A stretch of 64,000 bases of DNA, taken from positions 1,826 through 65,825 of the forward strand of contig SGZH01000002.1 in NCBI GenBank assembly GCA_004214175.1, read 5' to 3'. A program made the translations under genes and the position numbers. The notes under the pieces were generated by a model that saw only the letters and a list, made by a program, of their open reading frames with translations, ran no database searches and had not been told where the DNA came from. This DNA is from Flavobacteriales bacterium. GTDB lineage: Bacteria; Bacteroidota; Bacteroidia; Flavobacteriales; Flavobacteriaceae. This document shows, one piece after another, positions 1 to 10,650 of this stretch; positions within the stretch are counted from its first letter, which is position 1, and every line of letters starts with the position of its first letter.

Positions 1-1970
1 GAGTTTTCAAAATCTTTATAAAGTTGATTGTATTTATATTCAGGACTGGACTCATCTGAAGCTAAAATAGCATTTGGATTTAATAAAATCTCAGCATATC
101 TAGAGTTCGGATACGTGGAAGTAATTTCCCTTTTATATTGAGAGGCTAAAAGGTTATTCCCTTCTAACTCGTTAATTTTATAAAGATTATAAAGAGCTGG
201 TAATAATAATCTTTTTTCTGGCCTGAATAATACCAAGGTCTCTAAGCGGTCTTTTGCCAAATCATATTCTTTAAATTTTTCTTTATAAATAAGTCCTAAC
301 TGATAATATGCAAAGTTTCTGTCTTTAATTATACTATCAATTATTATTTTATCTTTAGGAATTAATACTATATAAGTTTCTGGTTTAAAGCGATCACTTT
401 CCGATACAGGTGCAATATAGTTTTCCTCAATACTTTCCAATTTTGAAATTTTATCAGACAGCCTCCAATTATCTTCTAGTTTTCTGTTTCCCCATCTTTT
501 TCTAAACTCTTCTTTTCCGAATGCTACGGTTGTAGAGTTATAAAAGTAAAAGCTTCCTGCCCCAGCACTAGGTCCTTTTTTTGAAGCAGAACTTTCGGAA
601 TTAGAATTAAAAAAAAGATTATTTTCTATATTTTCCTGATTTTGAATGTTTGCTAATGAATCCTCTATCACGATTCTCTTTAATTCTTTGGTAAATAGTG
701 TAAAATATTCTAGTTGCTGTGCTTCTGTCATATTTACTAAATGAAGTATACTATCACTATTGTAGGCAATATCTTCATATTTAATAACATCGTCTAGATT
801 TTCTCTTTTCTTTTTTATTCGTCTGTATTGTCTTGACCCTTCTTCCAAATTTGTTAATGTACTATCGTAATAAGCTCCAGCGGCTTTATAAGATCTATCA
901 TCAAAATATATTTCTGCTAAGGTTTGATAATTTACAGATTGCATAACTCTATCCTCACGATAGGATTTAATGGATTTATTGTAAAAATCAATAGCTAAGT
1001 CAATACTGTCATTTTTTCTATAATATTCTCCAATTTGATTGTAAATTTTATCTAGAAATGGCCTATTTTCCCGATTCTTTTCTAAATCATATAATAATTC
1101 CAAAAAAGCAAAACGATCCTCTTTTGTAAAATCGAAATTTTTTGCTTTTTCTATATGTGCGTTAATCATATAAACCCTAGGGGATTTTCTATTTAAGGCA
1201 ATAACTTTATCAAACTCTAAGTTGGCGCTATCGATTTTTTCAAGCTTATCATAAAGTTGTCCAGTAATAAAAGTATAGCGACCTTTTAGTTCGTTGTTTT
1301 TTGTATTTTCAGCAGCAAACTTAATGTATGGCAATGCAACGTCTAAAGAATCTAAATTTAGGTAGGCTTGAGAGATAATTCCAGCTGCATCAGCCAATTC
1401 ATTTTTATCTATTTGGTTGTTTTCAAACATTCTTTTTAGGTTATCGATAGCAACCTCCTCATTATTTAATCTAATGTTTGTTTTTGCTTTCCAAACCTTT
1501 GCTTGATTAATACTATTACAAGTGGGATAGGTCTTTAAAATAAAGTTAAAAGCATCAAGTGCTTGAACAAAGCGACCGTCATAATATCTAGCTTTTCCCA
1601 AAAGAATATATGCTTCATCAATTTGCGGATTGTATTCTTTACCTTCTAAAAAAATCGCGTGTTTTTGAACCCCGCTTGCCGCTTTTTCTTCAGCTCTATT
1701 AAAATTTTCGTTTTCACTTTCTTCTAAAAGTAAACTGCTTTCTTCGAGCTCTAAACGCTCTACTGGAAGAATTTCCCAAAAATTATCTCTGTATGATGAG
1801 GCTAATTGTTGCTTACCTTCTTCAAAAGCTATATTTCCATTATATAAAATGTTGTATTCTGTGGTTATAGAGTGTTTAGTTCTACTTAGAAACGTGTTTT
1901 TTTTACGCGAACATGCGGCTAAAAACAAAATAGCCATTAAAAAAAATATAATTTTTATTATTCCATTCAA
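1..1970 (-). CDS. sprE: Type IX secretion/gliding lipoprotein SprE/PorW (TPR protein), runs off the left edge
   Basis: Not in the ORF track because it is truncated. Manual translation from TTG at 1970 gives MNGIIKIIFFLMAILFLAACSRKKNTFLSRTKHSITTEYNILYNG: a lipobox (LAAC) followed by the typical PorW/SprE N-terminus. The FYFYNSTTVAFGKEEFRKRWGNRKLEDNWRLS motif lies near 460-550. Confidence 0.85.
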   Translation of the reverse strand, partial: MNGIIKIIFFLMAILFLAACSRKKNTFLSRTKHSITTEYNILYNGNIAFEEGKQQLASSYRDNFWEILPVERLELEESSLLLEESENENFNRAEEKAASGVQKHAIFLEGKEYNPQIDEAYILLGKARYYDGRFVQALDAFNFILKTYPTCNSINQAKVWKAKTNIRLNNEEVAIDNLKRMFENNQIDKNELADAAGIISQAYLNLDSLDVALPYIKFAAENTKNNELKGRYTFITGQLYDKLEKIDSANLEFDKVIALNRKSPRVYMINAHIEKAKNFDFTKEDRFAFLELLYDLEKNRENRPFLDKIYNQIGEYYRKNDSIDLAIDFYNKSIKSYREDRVMQSVNYQTLAEIYFDDRSYKAAGAYYDSTLTNLEEGSRQYRRIKKKRENLDDVIKYEDIAYNSDSILHLVNMTEAQQLEYFTLFTKELKRIVIEDSLANIQNQENIENNLFFNSNSESSASKKGPSAGAGSFYFYNSTTVAFGKEEFRKRWGNRKLEDNWRLSDKISKLESIEENYIAPVSESDRFKPETYIVLIPKDKIIIDSIIKDRNFAYYQLGLIYKEKFKEYDLAKDRLETLVLFRPEKRLLLPALYNLYKINELEGNNLLASQYKREITSTYPNSRYAEILLNPNAILASDESSPEYKYNQLYKDFEN

Positions 1971-2193
1971 AATATAAGTTGTTTTGTTTACGATACTTAA
2001 ACTTAAAAGCTTCGCATTTAGTATCTATACATTAGTATTGAGTGTAAAAATACATTTCTTTTGTATAATAAATGAATATTAATATAAAATTCCTTTACTA
2101 ATACTTTGCATTTTGTGCTTAAAATTAATTTTAAAACAAGGGTGTAGTCTAAAAATTATAATTCCTTTGTATTTTTACCAAAATTATATTCGT

Positions 2194-2496
2194 ATGAGTG
2201 AAAAGGCAAAAAATGAAAATATATCAGTTACTATTGTTGTAGATGAAGAAATTCTGACAATAAAAATGACTAAAAATGAAAATATTTTAGAGGCTGCTTT
2301 AAAAAATAATATTGACGCTCCTTATTCTTGTCAAGGAGGAGTCTGCTCATCATGTATTGCAAGAGTTACTTTGGGTAAAGCGACAATGAAACAAAATCAA
2401 ATTTTAACAGAAAATGAGGTTTCAGAAGGGCTAATTCTAACTTGTCAAGCATATCCAGTTACAGAAATTTTAAACATTGACTACGATGATGTTTAG
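2194..2496 (+). CDS. 2Fe-2S ferredoxin, stand-alone; resembles the C-terminal domain of PaaE-type ferredoxin-NADP reductases
   Basis: APYSCQGGVCSSC...LTCQA 2Fe-2S signature. ATG at 2194 (MSEKAK) is preferred over the TTG at 2113. Confidence 0.85.
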   Translation: MSEKAKNENISVTIVVDEEILTIKMTKNENILEAALKNNIDAPYSCQGGVCSSCIARVTLGKATMKQNQILTENEVSEGLILTCQAYPVTEILNIDYDDV

Positions 2497-2503
2497 CTAC
2501 AAA

Positions 2504-3544
2504 TTAATTTTTCATTAAAGTTAAAACTTTATTTACCACGTCAAGAGGTGCAATTGTTTTCATTGCATCTTCGTAATTTTCAGGATACTTATTCCCATAA
2601 ACTGATGTTGGTATCAATGGAAATTTTTCGATATCCACCATTAAGCTATTATTATATTGTTGGCCGAATGGAGCAAAACCTAAAAAAGGATGGGTAACAC
2701 CCCAAAGAGTAATAACAGGTACTCCATAAATAGCTGCTAAATGACCATTACTGCTATCCATCGATATCATAAGGTCTAAGTTGGAAATTAATGCTAATTC
2801 ATCTTTAAATTTATACTTTCCTGCAATATTAATTACATCAGGAAATTTTTTTGTTAGTACATTTAACTTTTCAATCTCGTTTTGGCCTCCGCCAATCAAA
2901 ACAATTTGTAATTCTTTATTGTTTTTTAAATGTGTAATCACTTCTTCCATCAATTTTAAAGGATACATTTTACTCTTATAAGCTGCAAATGGAGCGATTC
3001 CAACTATTTTTTTTGTTTTAGAAAATACAATATTAATTTTTTCACTATCTATCTTTCTTTTAGAGAATGATTCAAAAGAAGACAAATTAATAGGGCAGCC
3101 AAAAGATTCAAAAACATCGGCATATCTTAGATGAGTTGATTTTAATTGCCTTAGTGTTTTATTATTCTTTCTGGTTAAGGATTTTTTTTCTTTTCTTCCT
3201 TTATCAAGAGTTGATACTTTTTTTCCGTAAAACTTTAATAATTTGGAAAGTATATTTGATCTTATGACATTATGTAAATCTGCAACTGCGTCGATGTTCA
3301 AAGATTTTATTTTTTTATAAAGTCTTATTAGGCCTATAATTCCTTTATGTTTATCCTCTAGAGCGGCCTCCAGAAATGTAATATTTTTAAGGTCCTCAAA
3401 GAGGGGTTTAAAAAAGGTTCTAGATAGAACTGTTAAATGGATCTCTGGATAAGTTTTATTAAAAACTTTAAGAACAGGGACTATCATAGCGACATCTCCC
3501 ATTGCTGATAATCTTATAACCAATATGTTTTTAGGTCTTTTCAA
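2504..3544 (-). CDS. Glycosyltransferase family 9 (ADP-heptose:LPS heptosyltransferase-like)
   Basis: ILVIRLSAMGDV N-terminal motif and DSSNGHLAAIYGVPVITLWG motif. Confidence 0.9.
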   Translation of the reverse strand: MKRPKNILVIRLSAMGDVAMIVPVLKVFNKTYPEIHLTVLSRTFFKPLFEDLKNITFLEAALEDKHKGIIGLIRLYKKIKSLNIDAVADLHNVIRSNILSKLLKFYGKKVSTLDKGRKEKKSLTRKNNKTLRQLKSTHLRYADVFESFGCPINLSSFESFSKRKIDSEKINIVFSKTKKIVGIAPFAAYKSKMYPLKLMEEVITHLKNNKELQIVLIGGGQNEIEKLNVLTKKFPDVINIAGKYKFKDELALISNLDLMISMDSSNGHLAAIYGVPVITLWGVTHPFLGFAPFGQQYNNSLMVDIEKFPLIPTSVYGNKYPENYEDAMKTIAPLDVVNKVLTLMKN

Positions 3545-3570
3545 TCAAGATAGATTTCTTTAACTAAAAA

Positions 3571-4179
3571 TTATTTTCCTTCTCTAAGTACTGGATTTAA
3601 TTCCTCATCATTATACATTTTCATCTGCTTATAAACTTTCATATACTTAACTCCAGCTTCGATATCATTTAATAACTGATCGATTGCAGTGCTTAAATCT
3701 AGTCTCTGCTCCAATAAGATATTTAGTTTTGTTTGACAAGAGTTTCTATGATCTTCAGATGCATTGTCTCTTGTCACTTCTTCATTCATATGAAAAACTT
3801 TTAAGGCTAATATTGAAAGCCTATCAACACCCCAAGCAGGGCTCTCTGTGTTAATGGTTGCGTTCTCTTTAACAGAAGTCATTTTATATTTTTCCAGGAA
3901 ATAGCTGTCTATATACTCAACCATATCCGTACGATCTTGGTTAGAGGCATCAATTTGTCTTTTTAAAGTTAAAGCGCTTTTAGGATCAATATTAGGATCT
4001 CGAATAATGTCTTCATAATGCCATTGAACCGTGTCAATCCAACATTTTCTGTAAAGGAGGTGTTCTAGATTTTGAGATTGTGAATCATAAGGGTTGCTAA
4101 AGTCTTGATCCACCCTGTCAATGATATGATATTTCTCTATAACTTCTTTAAAAATAATATTTGCTTTTTCTGAAAACAT
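3571..4179 (-). CDS. DUF4254 family protein
   Basis: WIDTVQWHYEDIIRD...KRQIDASNQDRTD...TESPAWGVDRLSILALK; usual neighbour of GT9 in Bacteroidota. Confidence 0.8.
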   Translation of the reverse strand: MFSEKANIIFKEVIEKYHIIDRVDQDFSNPYDSQSQNLEHLLYRKCWIDTVQWHYEDIIRDPNIDPKSALTLKRQIDASNQDRTDMVEYIDSYFLEKYKMTSVKENATINTESPAWGVDRLSILALKVFHMNEEVTRDNASEDHRNSCQTKLNILLEQRLDLSTAIDQLLNDIEAGVKYMKVYKQMKMYNDEELNPVLREGK

Positions 4180-4303
4180 GCCTTTTTGGTTTTATTAAAT
4201 GAGAGACTATTTAATTGTTATTATTGCTTTATAATTGTTAGTTTGAAATACCATTTCAATATCTACACTTTTATAGCTCAAAAAACTTTTACTCATATTT
4301 TTG

Positions 4304-4311
4304 CAAAGGTA
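4304..4311 (-). promoter_or_regulatory. Bacteroidota -7 promoter element TACCTTTG upstream of DUF4254/GT9
   Basis: caaaggta on + strand matches TAnnTTTG on - strand, in an intergenic position. Confidence 0.55.
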
Positions 4312-4395
4312 TTATATTTTGTAATACTATTTTATAAACGCTATTTAAAGTGTATTGTAATTAATACAGTGGAGCAGGTTTTAAAGACTTTAAGT

Positions 4396-5319
4396 TTAAA
4401 AAAAATAACTGAAAATTGGAGCTAATAATAAAAACCATAACATCATTTCTGATACCCATCCCCTTTGAAGAGCTTCAATGAAATTCGAAAACAAAATAGA
4501 AATAGGTACGATTGTGAAAATTAATTCAACACCATTTTTTTGCCCTGTTATTAGCACTAGAATAATTCCTGTGATCAACGTAAAAATTATAATCCAATAT
4601 TTCGATTTTTTTCTTAGGGGAGTTTTTCTGAAATTTAAAACTTTAAATACAAGGCTTATTACAGTTATTAATAATATAACAAGAAGTGAAAAAAAGTTTT
4701 TGAAAGGTTTGTATGAGGAGAACTCAAAACTTATGAGTTTTTTGTAATCTTTATACCAATATAGGTTATTATCGAGATACAAGAAAGAAATAGTAAAAAA
4801 GATAAAAACAACAACCAAGCCTATTATTGGTATCAAAAAGAGTTTAAAGTTTTTAGAGGCAAGCTGAATTAGAGCTGCATATAACACTAGTAAAAACAAA
4901 ATGCTCCAAAAATAAAAAAATGTTGCAACACCAATCCATAGCGAAGCATCTAATATTTTTTTTTGGATATTTTTTTTTGAATTAAAGCTTAAAATTCTTC
5001 GTAAAGCTAATAAGATAAATACCGTTGATAAAATAGGGTTGCTATTTTGAAAAACATTTGGTGTCAATAATAAAAGACATATAAAAATAAATAAGGCATA
5101 GGTATTAATTTGTGTAAGATTGTTTTTTTTAATAATGAAGGCAAGGACTAGCATTAAGATGATGTAAAGTCCAAATTTGAAAGTTAACTGAACTAGCTCA
5201 ATAAAATCAAACTCAGAATTCAAAATTTGAAAATTATAAAAGGTATATCCAACAAATAATAGTAAAGTGATTAATATAAAATGAAAAGGTTTAGAATTGC
5301 TGAAAAAGTTTGTGAGCAT
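4396..5319 (-). CDS. Multi-pass membrane protein (DUF6427-like)
   Basis: Hydrophobic throughout. ATG at 5319 (MLTNFFSNSKP) avoids overlap with the divergent gene; the ORF track start is 5424. Confidence 0.7.
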   Translation of the reverse strand: MLTNFFSNSKPFHFILITLLLFVGYTFYNFQILNSEFDFIELVQLTFKFGLYIILMLVLAFIIKKNNLTQINTYALFIFICLLLLTPNVFQNSNPILSTVFILLALRRILSFNSKKNIQKKILDASLWIGVATFFYFWSILFLLVLYAALIQLASKNFKLFLIPIIGLVVVFIFFTISFLYLDNNLYWYKDYKKLISFEFSSYKPFKNFFSLLVILLITVISLVFKVLNFRKTPLRKKSKYWIIIFTLITGIILVLITGQKNGVELIFTIVPISILFSNFIEALQRGWVSEMMLWFLLLAPIFSYFF

Positions 5320-5332
5320 GATACTTAATTTA

Positions 5333-5340
5333 TATTTTTG
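5333..5340 (+). promoter_or_regulatory. -7 promoter element TATTTTTG
   Basis: TAnnTTTG 20 nt upstream of the ATG at 5361. Confidence 0.55.
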
Positions 5341-5360
5341 CAATCGTAAATGATAAAGAT

Positions 5361-5600
5361 ATGACTTGGACAGGTTTTTTTGAAGGAATACAAAGTTTTT
5401 TTGAGGGAGTTGCATTTGCCCCATTTAACGCTTTGCGTGAGTTAGAAGCCTCAAATTGGTGGATAGCAAACTCTATGTCTTGGATATTTGTAGTAATTTG
5501 TTCTTTAGCAATCGTTTATTGGATTGGGCAACTTAAAAAATATGATGCTACAGAAGGCAGTGATGATAAAAGCATTACTGCCCATAAATATTTAGGTTAA
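5361..5600 (+). CDS. Small conserved Flavobacteria membrane protein (DUF6341-like)
   Basis: MTWTGFFEGIQSFFEGVAFAPFNALRELE..NWWIAN..WIF; one TM segment; convergent with purD. Confidence 0.7.
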   Translation: MTWTGFFEGIQSFFEGVAFAPFNALRELEASNWWIANSMSWIFVVICSLAIVYWIGQLKKYDATEGSDDKSITAHKYLG

Positions 5601-6866
5601 ATCAAACCCTATATCCGATCTAAAATTCATCCTATCAAAATGTATTTTTTCTATATTCTTATAAGATTTTTTTAACGCTTCCTTATAATTAGTTCCCATA
5701 GAAGTTATTGCTATTACTCTCCCTCCATTTGTTAAAATATGATCCTCGTTATTTGATGTTCCTGCGTGAAAAACAATTGAATCTGAAATCGTATCAAGCC
5801 CAGAGATCACTTTACCTTTTTCATAAGCCTCTGGATAACCTCCTGATACGAGCATTACAGTTGCAGCAGTTTTGTCATCGATTTCTAACTTAATTTTATC
5901 TAAATTTTGATTTGCTGTAGCTTCTAATAATGTTATTAAGTCTGTTTTTATTCTAGGAAGAACAACTTCGGTCTCCGGATCACCCATTCTTACATTATAT
6001 TCAATTACATAGGGGTCATTATTTACTTTAATAAGTCCTATAAAGATAAAACCTTTATAGTCGATTTTTTCTACCTGAAGCCCTTTTACCGTAGGAATAA
6101 TGATTCGATCTTCTATTTTTTTGATAAATTTTTTATTAACAAAAGGAACTGGTGATATGGCTCCCATACCTCCCGTATTTAAACCCATATCTCCCTCACC
6201 AATTCGCTTGTAATCTTTAGCTGTTGGTAATATTTTGTAGTTTTTACCATCTGTAAGTACAAAAACGCTTAACTCAATACCATCTAAAAATTCTTCGATT
6301 ACAACAGTAGAACTAGCAGAACCGAACTTAGCATGGGAAAGCATATTTTCTAATTCCTGTTGAGCCTCCAGAATATTATTGATGATTAAAACACCTTTCC
6401 CGGCGGCTAAACCATCCGCCTTTAAAACGTAAGGAGGGGTTAATGTTTCTAAAAATATTTTACCCTCTGATACCGATTTTTTGGTAAAACTTTGATAAGC
6501 TGCTGTTGGAATTTGATGATTAATCATAAATTCTTTAGCTCGTTCTTTACTTCCTTCAAGAAGAGCACCTGCCATTGAAGGTCCAATAAGTAGCACGTCT
6601 TTTAAAGCTGGATCTGAGCGGAAAAAATCTACAATTCCTTTTACTAAAGGATCTTCAGGCCCAACAACAATCATAGTTATTTGATATTGATTTACAAATT
6701 CTTTAATAGCTTTGAAATCAGTTACAGCGATAGAAATATTAGTTGCTATCTTAGATGTGCCAGCATTTCCTGGTGCTACAAACAATTTATTACATCTAAT
6801 ACTCTCTGAAATTTTATATGCAAATGCGTGTTCTCGACCTCCAGATCCTAAAATTAGTATATTCAT
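5592..6866 (-). CDS. purD: Phosphoribosylamine--glycine ligase
   Basis: GSGGREHA, KADGLAAGKGV, NTGGMGA, EYNVRMGDPE motifs. Confidence 0.97.
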   Translation of the reverse strand: MNILILGSGGREHAFAYKISESIRCNKLFVAPGNAGTSKIATNISIAVTDFKAIKEFVNQYQITMIVVGPEDPLVKGIVDFFRSDPALKDVLLIGPSMAGALLEGSKERAKEFMINHQIPTAAYQSFTKKSVSEGKIFLETLTPPYVLKADGLAAGKGVLIINNILEAQQELENMLSHAKFGSASSTVVIEEFLDGIELSVFVLTDGKNYKILPTAKDYKRIGEGDMGLNTGGMGAISPVPFVNKKFIKKIEDRIIIPTVKGLQVEKIDYKGFIFIGLIKVNNDPYVIEYNVRMGDPETEVVLPRIKTDLITLLEATANQNLDKIKLEIDDKTAATVMLVSGGYPEAYEKGKVISGLDTISDSIVFHAGTSNNEDHILTNGGRVIAITSMGTNYKEALKKSYKNIEKIHFDRMNFRSDIGFDLT

Positions 6867-6889
6867 TTTTGAAATGTAATTTAATCTGA

Positions 6890-6897
6890 CAAAAATA
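6890..6897 (-). promoter_or_regulatory. -7 promoter element TATTTTTG for purD
   Basis: caaaaata on + strand, 23 nt upstream of the purD ATG. Confidence 0.55.
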
Positions 6898-6977
6898 ATT
6901 GTTTGTAATTGGTTGCGCTAATTTTAATAACCGAATTTATTTGGATTGTTATAAAATTACTTCCTAATTATTACTAT

Positions 6978-8327
6978 TTAATAAGCTTTTTCTTCTCCAC
7001 CCAGCGCATTATAGATTGTTCGAATTATAATTCTTAAATCCATAATAATAGACCAGTTTTCAAGATAAAATATATCAAACTTTACTCGATTTGTAATAAA
7101 ATTATCATCTTCAACTTCACCTCTAAAGCCACTAACTTGAGCAAGTCCTGTAATACCAGGCTTAACAAAATGTCGTACCATAAATTTATCTATTTTTTCA
7201 GCATACATGTGAGTGTGGCTTACCATGTGGGGTCTTGGCCCAACAACTGACATTTCTCCTCTTAAAACATTAATGAATTGTGGTAACTCATCAATACTTG
7301 TTTTTCTTATAAATTTTCCAATACGTGTTACTCTTGGATCTCCTTTTCTTATTTGATGTAGATGAGCTTCAGGGTTTGGTCTCATGGAGCGAAACTTATA
7401 ACAATAAAACTCTTTATAATCTAAACCATTTCTTTTTTGTTTAAAAAAAACAGGTCCTCTAGACTCAATTCTAATAATTAAACCTAATAATGGAGTTAGC
7501 CAAGAAAGTATTCCAATAATAACTATTAATGAAAATAAAATATCAAAACTTCTTTTTACAAATTGATTTATGGGTTCATTAATAGGTATATTTCTAAGGG
7601 ATAATATAGGTAAATAACCATAGTAAGTAAAATCTAATTTTTTAGAATAGATTTCTTTATTATCAGGTAAAAATTTTAAAATCTTAAGATTATTGTCTGC
7701 ATAGTCAATTAGCTTAACGAGTTCTTGATTATTAATTTCAGTTACAGAGGAATAGATTTCATCAATTTCATTTTCAGAAATATATTCCGTAATACTATCA
7801 ATATTTATATTATCTTTTAAATTAAATATTTTAATTAGTTTGTAGCCATAATCTGGATTATCATTAAAATACTTTCTCAATTGGTCAGTTTTTTTATTTA
7901 ATCCAATAATGACTACTTTCCTTAGGTTTCCATTAAATATTGTCCGATATTTTTTTAGTAAAATATAGATAGAGATTTTTAAAATGGTAATTAGAAATAC
8001 TACAATTAATATATATTCTACTATAAATTTTGGGTTCAGTTTAATTTCTCTATGAAACCCAAAAAAAGAATAAACTAGTAAAACAAATAAAACAGACTGT
8101 TTCCCGACCAAAGTAAAAATTCTTGTAACACTTGTAAATCTGTATATTTCATAAAATCTGGTCGATAATGAAGATACAATCCATGAAAAAGAAATAAATA
8201 ATATAAAGTTTAATAATGTAGATTTTTCTAGATTCAATTGATTTGCAACTAACCCAATAATTAACAAATCTAAAGCATACGAAATAGGCCTCAAAAATCC
8301 GGAGTATCTTCCTCTTTTAAAAATCAT
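6978..8327 (-). CDS. wcaJ: Undecaprenyl-phosphate sugar phosphotransferase (WcaJ-like initiating transferase)
   Basis: N-terminal TM helices; KFRSM, DPRVTRIGKFIRKTSIDELPQFINVLRGEMSVVGPRP, KPGITGLAQV. Confidence 0.9.
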   Translation of the reverse strand: MIFKRGRYSGFLRPISYALDLLIIGLVANQLNLEKSTLLNFILFISFSWIVSSLSTRFYEIYRFTSVTRIFTLVGKQSVLFVLLVYSFFGFHREIKLNPKFIVEYILIVVFLITILKISIYILLKKYRTIFNGNLRKVVIIGLNKKTDQLRKYFNDNPDYGYKLIKIFNLKDNINIDSITEYISENEIDEIYSSVTEINNQELVKLIDYADNNLKILKFLPDNKEIYSKKLDFTYYGYLPILSLRNIPINEPINQFVKRSFDILFSLIVIIGILSWLTPLLGLIIRIESRGPVFFKQKRNGLDYKEFYCYKFRSMRPNPEAHLHQIRKGDPRVTRIGKFIRKTSIDELPQFINVLRGEMSVVGPRPHMVSHTHMYAEKIDKFMVRHFVKPGITGLAQVSGFRGEVEDDNFITNRVKFDIFYLENWSIIMDLRIIIRTIYNALGGEEKAY

Positions 8328-8331
8328 TTAT

Positions 8332-9321
8332 TTATTTTCTAATATGTTTAGAAAAGTCCTTGTGTTCGCTTTTCATTAATTCTTTAGAAGTAAGACTTTT
8401 AAAATATTTAAAAGTCTTTTTCATCCCTTCACTTCTTGATATTTTTGGTTCCCAATTTAATATTTCTTTTGCTTTTGTTATATCAGGCTGTCTTTGAAGG
8501 GGATCATCGGTTGGTAGTGGTTTAAAAATAATTTTTTGCTTAGTTCCTGTTAGCTTAATAATTTCTTTAGCGAAATCTAAAATAGATATTTCATTAGGAT
8601 TTCCTATATTAACTGGATAAACGTAGCTACTTTTAAGGAGTTTATAAAAACCCTCTATTTCGTCCTCTACGTAGCAAAATGATCTTGTTTGCGAACCATC
8701 TCCAAAAACTGTTAAATCTTCTCCTCTGAGAGCTTGACCCATAAATGCTGGTATAACTCTCCCATCATTTAACCTCATTCTTGGGCCATAGGTATTGAAG
8801 ATTCTAGCAATGCGAACATCAACCCCGTGAAAGCGGTGATATGCCATAGTTATTGACTCTTGAAATCTTTTTGCTTCATCATAAACACCTCTTGGACCAA
8901 TGGTATTAACATTACCATAGTATTCTTCAGTTTGTGGATGCACTAAAGGGTCGCCATACACTTCAGAAGTTGAAGCAATCATTATTCTTGCATTTTTTGC
9001 CTTGGCTAAACCCAATAAATTGTGGGTCCCCAAAGAACCTACCTTTAATGTTTGAATAGGTATTTTAAGATAATCTATTGGACTTGCTGGCGATGCGAAA
9101 TGAAGAATATAGTCTAACTCACCAGGAACATTTACAAATTTTGAAACATCATGGTGATAAAACTCAAAGTTTTTATGCTTAAATAAGTGTTCAATATTTT
9201 TTATATCTCCTGTAATTAGATTATCCATTGCGATAACAAAATCACCTTCCTTGATAAATCTATCACATAGATGAGATCCCAAAAATCCTGCAGCACCAGT
9301 TATTAAAACTCTTTTTTTCAT
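8332..9321 (-). CDS. UDP-glucuronic acid decarboxylase (UDP-xylose synthase family)
   Basis: [47 protein letters not shown]. Confidence 0.92.
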   Translation of the reverse strand: MKKRVLITGAAGFLGSHLCDRFIKEGDFVIAMDNLITGDIKNIEHLFKHKNFEFYHHDVSKFVNVPGELDYILHFASPASPIDYLKIPIQTLKVGSLGTHNLLGLAKAKNARIMIASTSEVYGDPLVHPQTEEYYGNVNTIGPRGVYDEAKRFQESITMAYHRFHGVDVRIARIFNTYGPRMRLNDGRVIPAFMGQALRGEDLTVFGDGSQTRSFCYVEDEIEGFYKLLKSSYVYPVNIGNPNEISILDFAKEIIKLTGTKQKIIFKPLPTDDPLQRQPDITKAKEILNWEPKISRSEGMKKTFKYFKSLTSKELMKSEHKDFSKHIRK

Positions 9322-9331
9322 ATATTTTAGT

Positions 9332-10633
9332 TTATATTCTCCCTATTGAGTGATATAAAAACCCCTCTTTTTTAATCTCCTCGGTTTCATATAAGTTTCT
9401 ACCATCAAAAATTATATTCTGATTTAAAAGTTTCTTTACCTTGTCAAAATCTGGTGTTCTAAAAACACTCCACTCAGTACAAATAACTAGCGCATCAGCA
9501 TCTTCTAAAGCATCATACATAGATTCCGAGTAATTTAGTTTTTCCCCAAATTGTTTCTCAATATTTGGCATAGCTTCAGGATCATAAACCGATAATAATG
9601 CGCCTTTATCTAATAATTTATTCATTAAATAAATTGCTGGGGCCTCTCTTACATCATCTGTTTCAGGTTTGAAAGCTAATCCCCATATTGCTATTTTTTT
9701 GTTTAATAAATTACCTTTAAAATATTTTTCAATTTTAGGATATAAAATTGTTTTTTGTTTTTCATTAACTTCAATAACAGAATCAAGAATTTTAAAATTA
9801 TATAATACATCTTTTCCTGCTTTTTGTAAAGCCTTTACATCTTTTGGAAAACAAGAACCACCATATCCTATTCCTGGAAATAAAAATCGATTTCCTATTC
9901 TTGAATCAGTACCAATACCTACTCTTATCTTATCTACATCAGCACCGACTCTCTCGCAATAATTAGCAATTTCATTCATAAAAGTAATTTTTGTTGCTAA
10001 AAAAGCATTCGCTGCATACTTGGTTAATTCTGCTGATTTTTCATCCATAATGATTATTGGATTTCCTGATCGAACAAATGGATTATATAGTTTCTTCATT
10101 AATTCTGTAGCTTTTTCACTACGAGATCCAATCACAATTCTCTCAGGTTTAAGAAAGTCATCAACTGCAAATCCTTCTCTTAAAAACTCAGGGTTAGAAA
10201 CCACATCAAAGTTACACTTTGCATTTTTTGAAATTGCTTTTTGAACTTTCTCAGCTGTGCCGACTGGTACTGTACTTTTATCTACAATAACTTTATAGTC
10301 TTTAATTTTTTTTCCTATTTGATCTGCAACTCCTAAAACATATGACAAATCTGCAGAGCCATCTTCATCTTCAGGAGTAGGAAGTGCAAGAAAAATAATT
10401 TCTCCAAAGCTTAACCCTTCATCTAAAGAACTTGTAAAGTTTAGTCTTCCTGCCTTTATATTTCTTTCGAATAATAAATCAAGATGCGGTTCATAAATAG
10501 GGACAATCCCAGATTTCATATTATTTACTTTATCTTGATCAATATCTACACATACAACTTCATTTCCTGTTTCCGCTAGACAAGTCCCAGTTACTAAACC
10601 TACATACCCTGTACCAATTACTGCTATTTTCAA
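9332..10633 (-). CDS. ugd: UDP-glucose 6-dehydrogenase
   Basis: [43 protein letters not shown]. Confidence 0.95.
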   Translation of the reverse strand: MKIAVIGTGYVGLVTGTCLAETGNEVVCVDIDQDKVNNMKSGIVPIYEPHLDLLFERNIKAGRLNFTSSLDEGLSFGEIIFLALPTPEDEDGSADLSYVLGVADQIGKKIKDYKVIVDKSTVPVGTAEKVQKAISKNAKCNFDVVSNPEFLREGFAVDDFLKPERIVIGSRSEKATELMKKLYNPFVRSGNPIIIMDEKSAELTKYAANAFLATKITFMNEIANYCERVGADVDKIRVGIGTDSRIGNRFLFPGIGYGGSCFPKDVKALQKAGKDVLYNFKILDSVIEVNEKQKTILYPKIEKYFKGNLLNKKIAIWGLAFKPETDDVREAPAIYLMNKLLDKGALLSVYDPEAMPNIEKQFGEKLNYSESMYDALEDADALVICTEWSVFRTPDFDKVKKLLNQNIIFDGRNLYETEEIKKEGFLYHSIGRI

Positions 10634-10650
10634 TTTTCTATTAATTTAAA

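Noticed and set aside
4186-4425. 79-aa plus-strand ORF in the DUF4254/DUF6427 spacer
   Set aside because: TTG start, composition resembling random AT-rich DNA, overlaps a promoter element and the neighbouring gene end, and shows no similarity to upp by eye.
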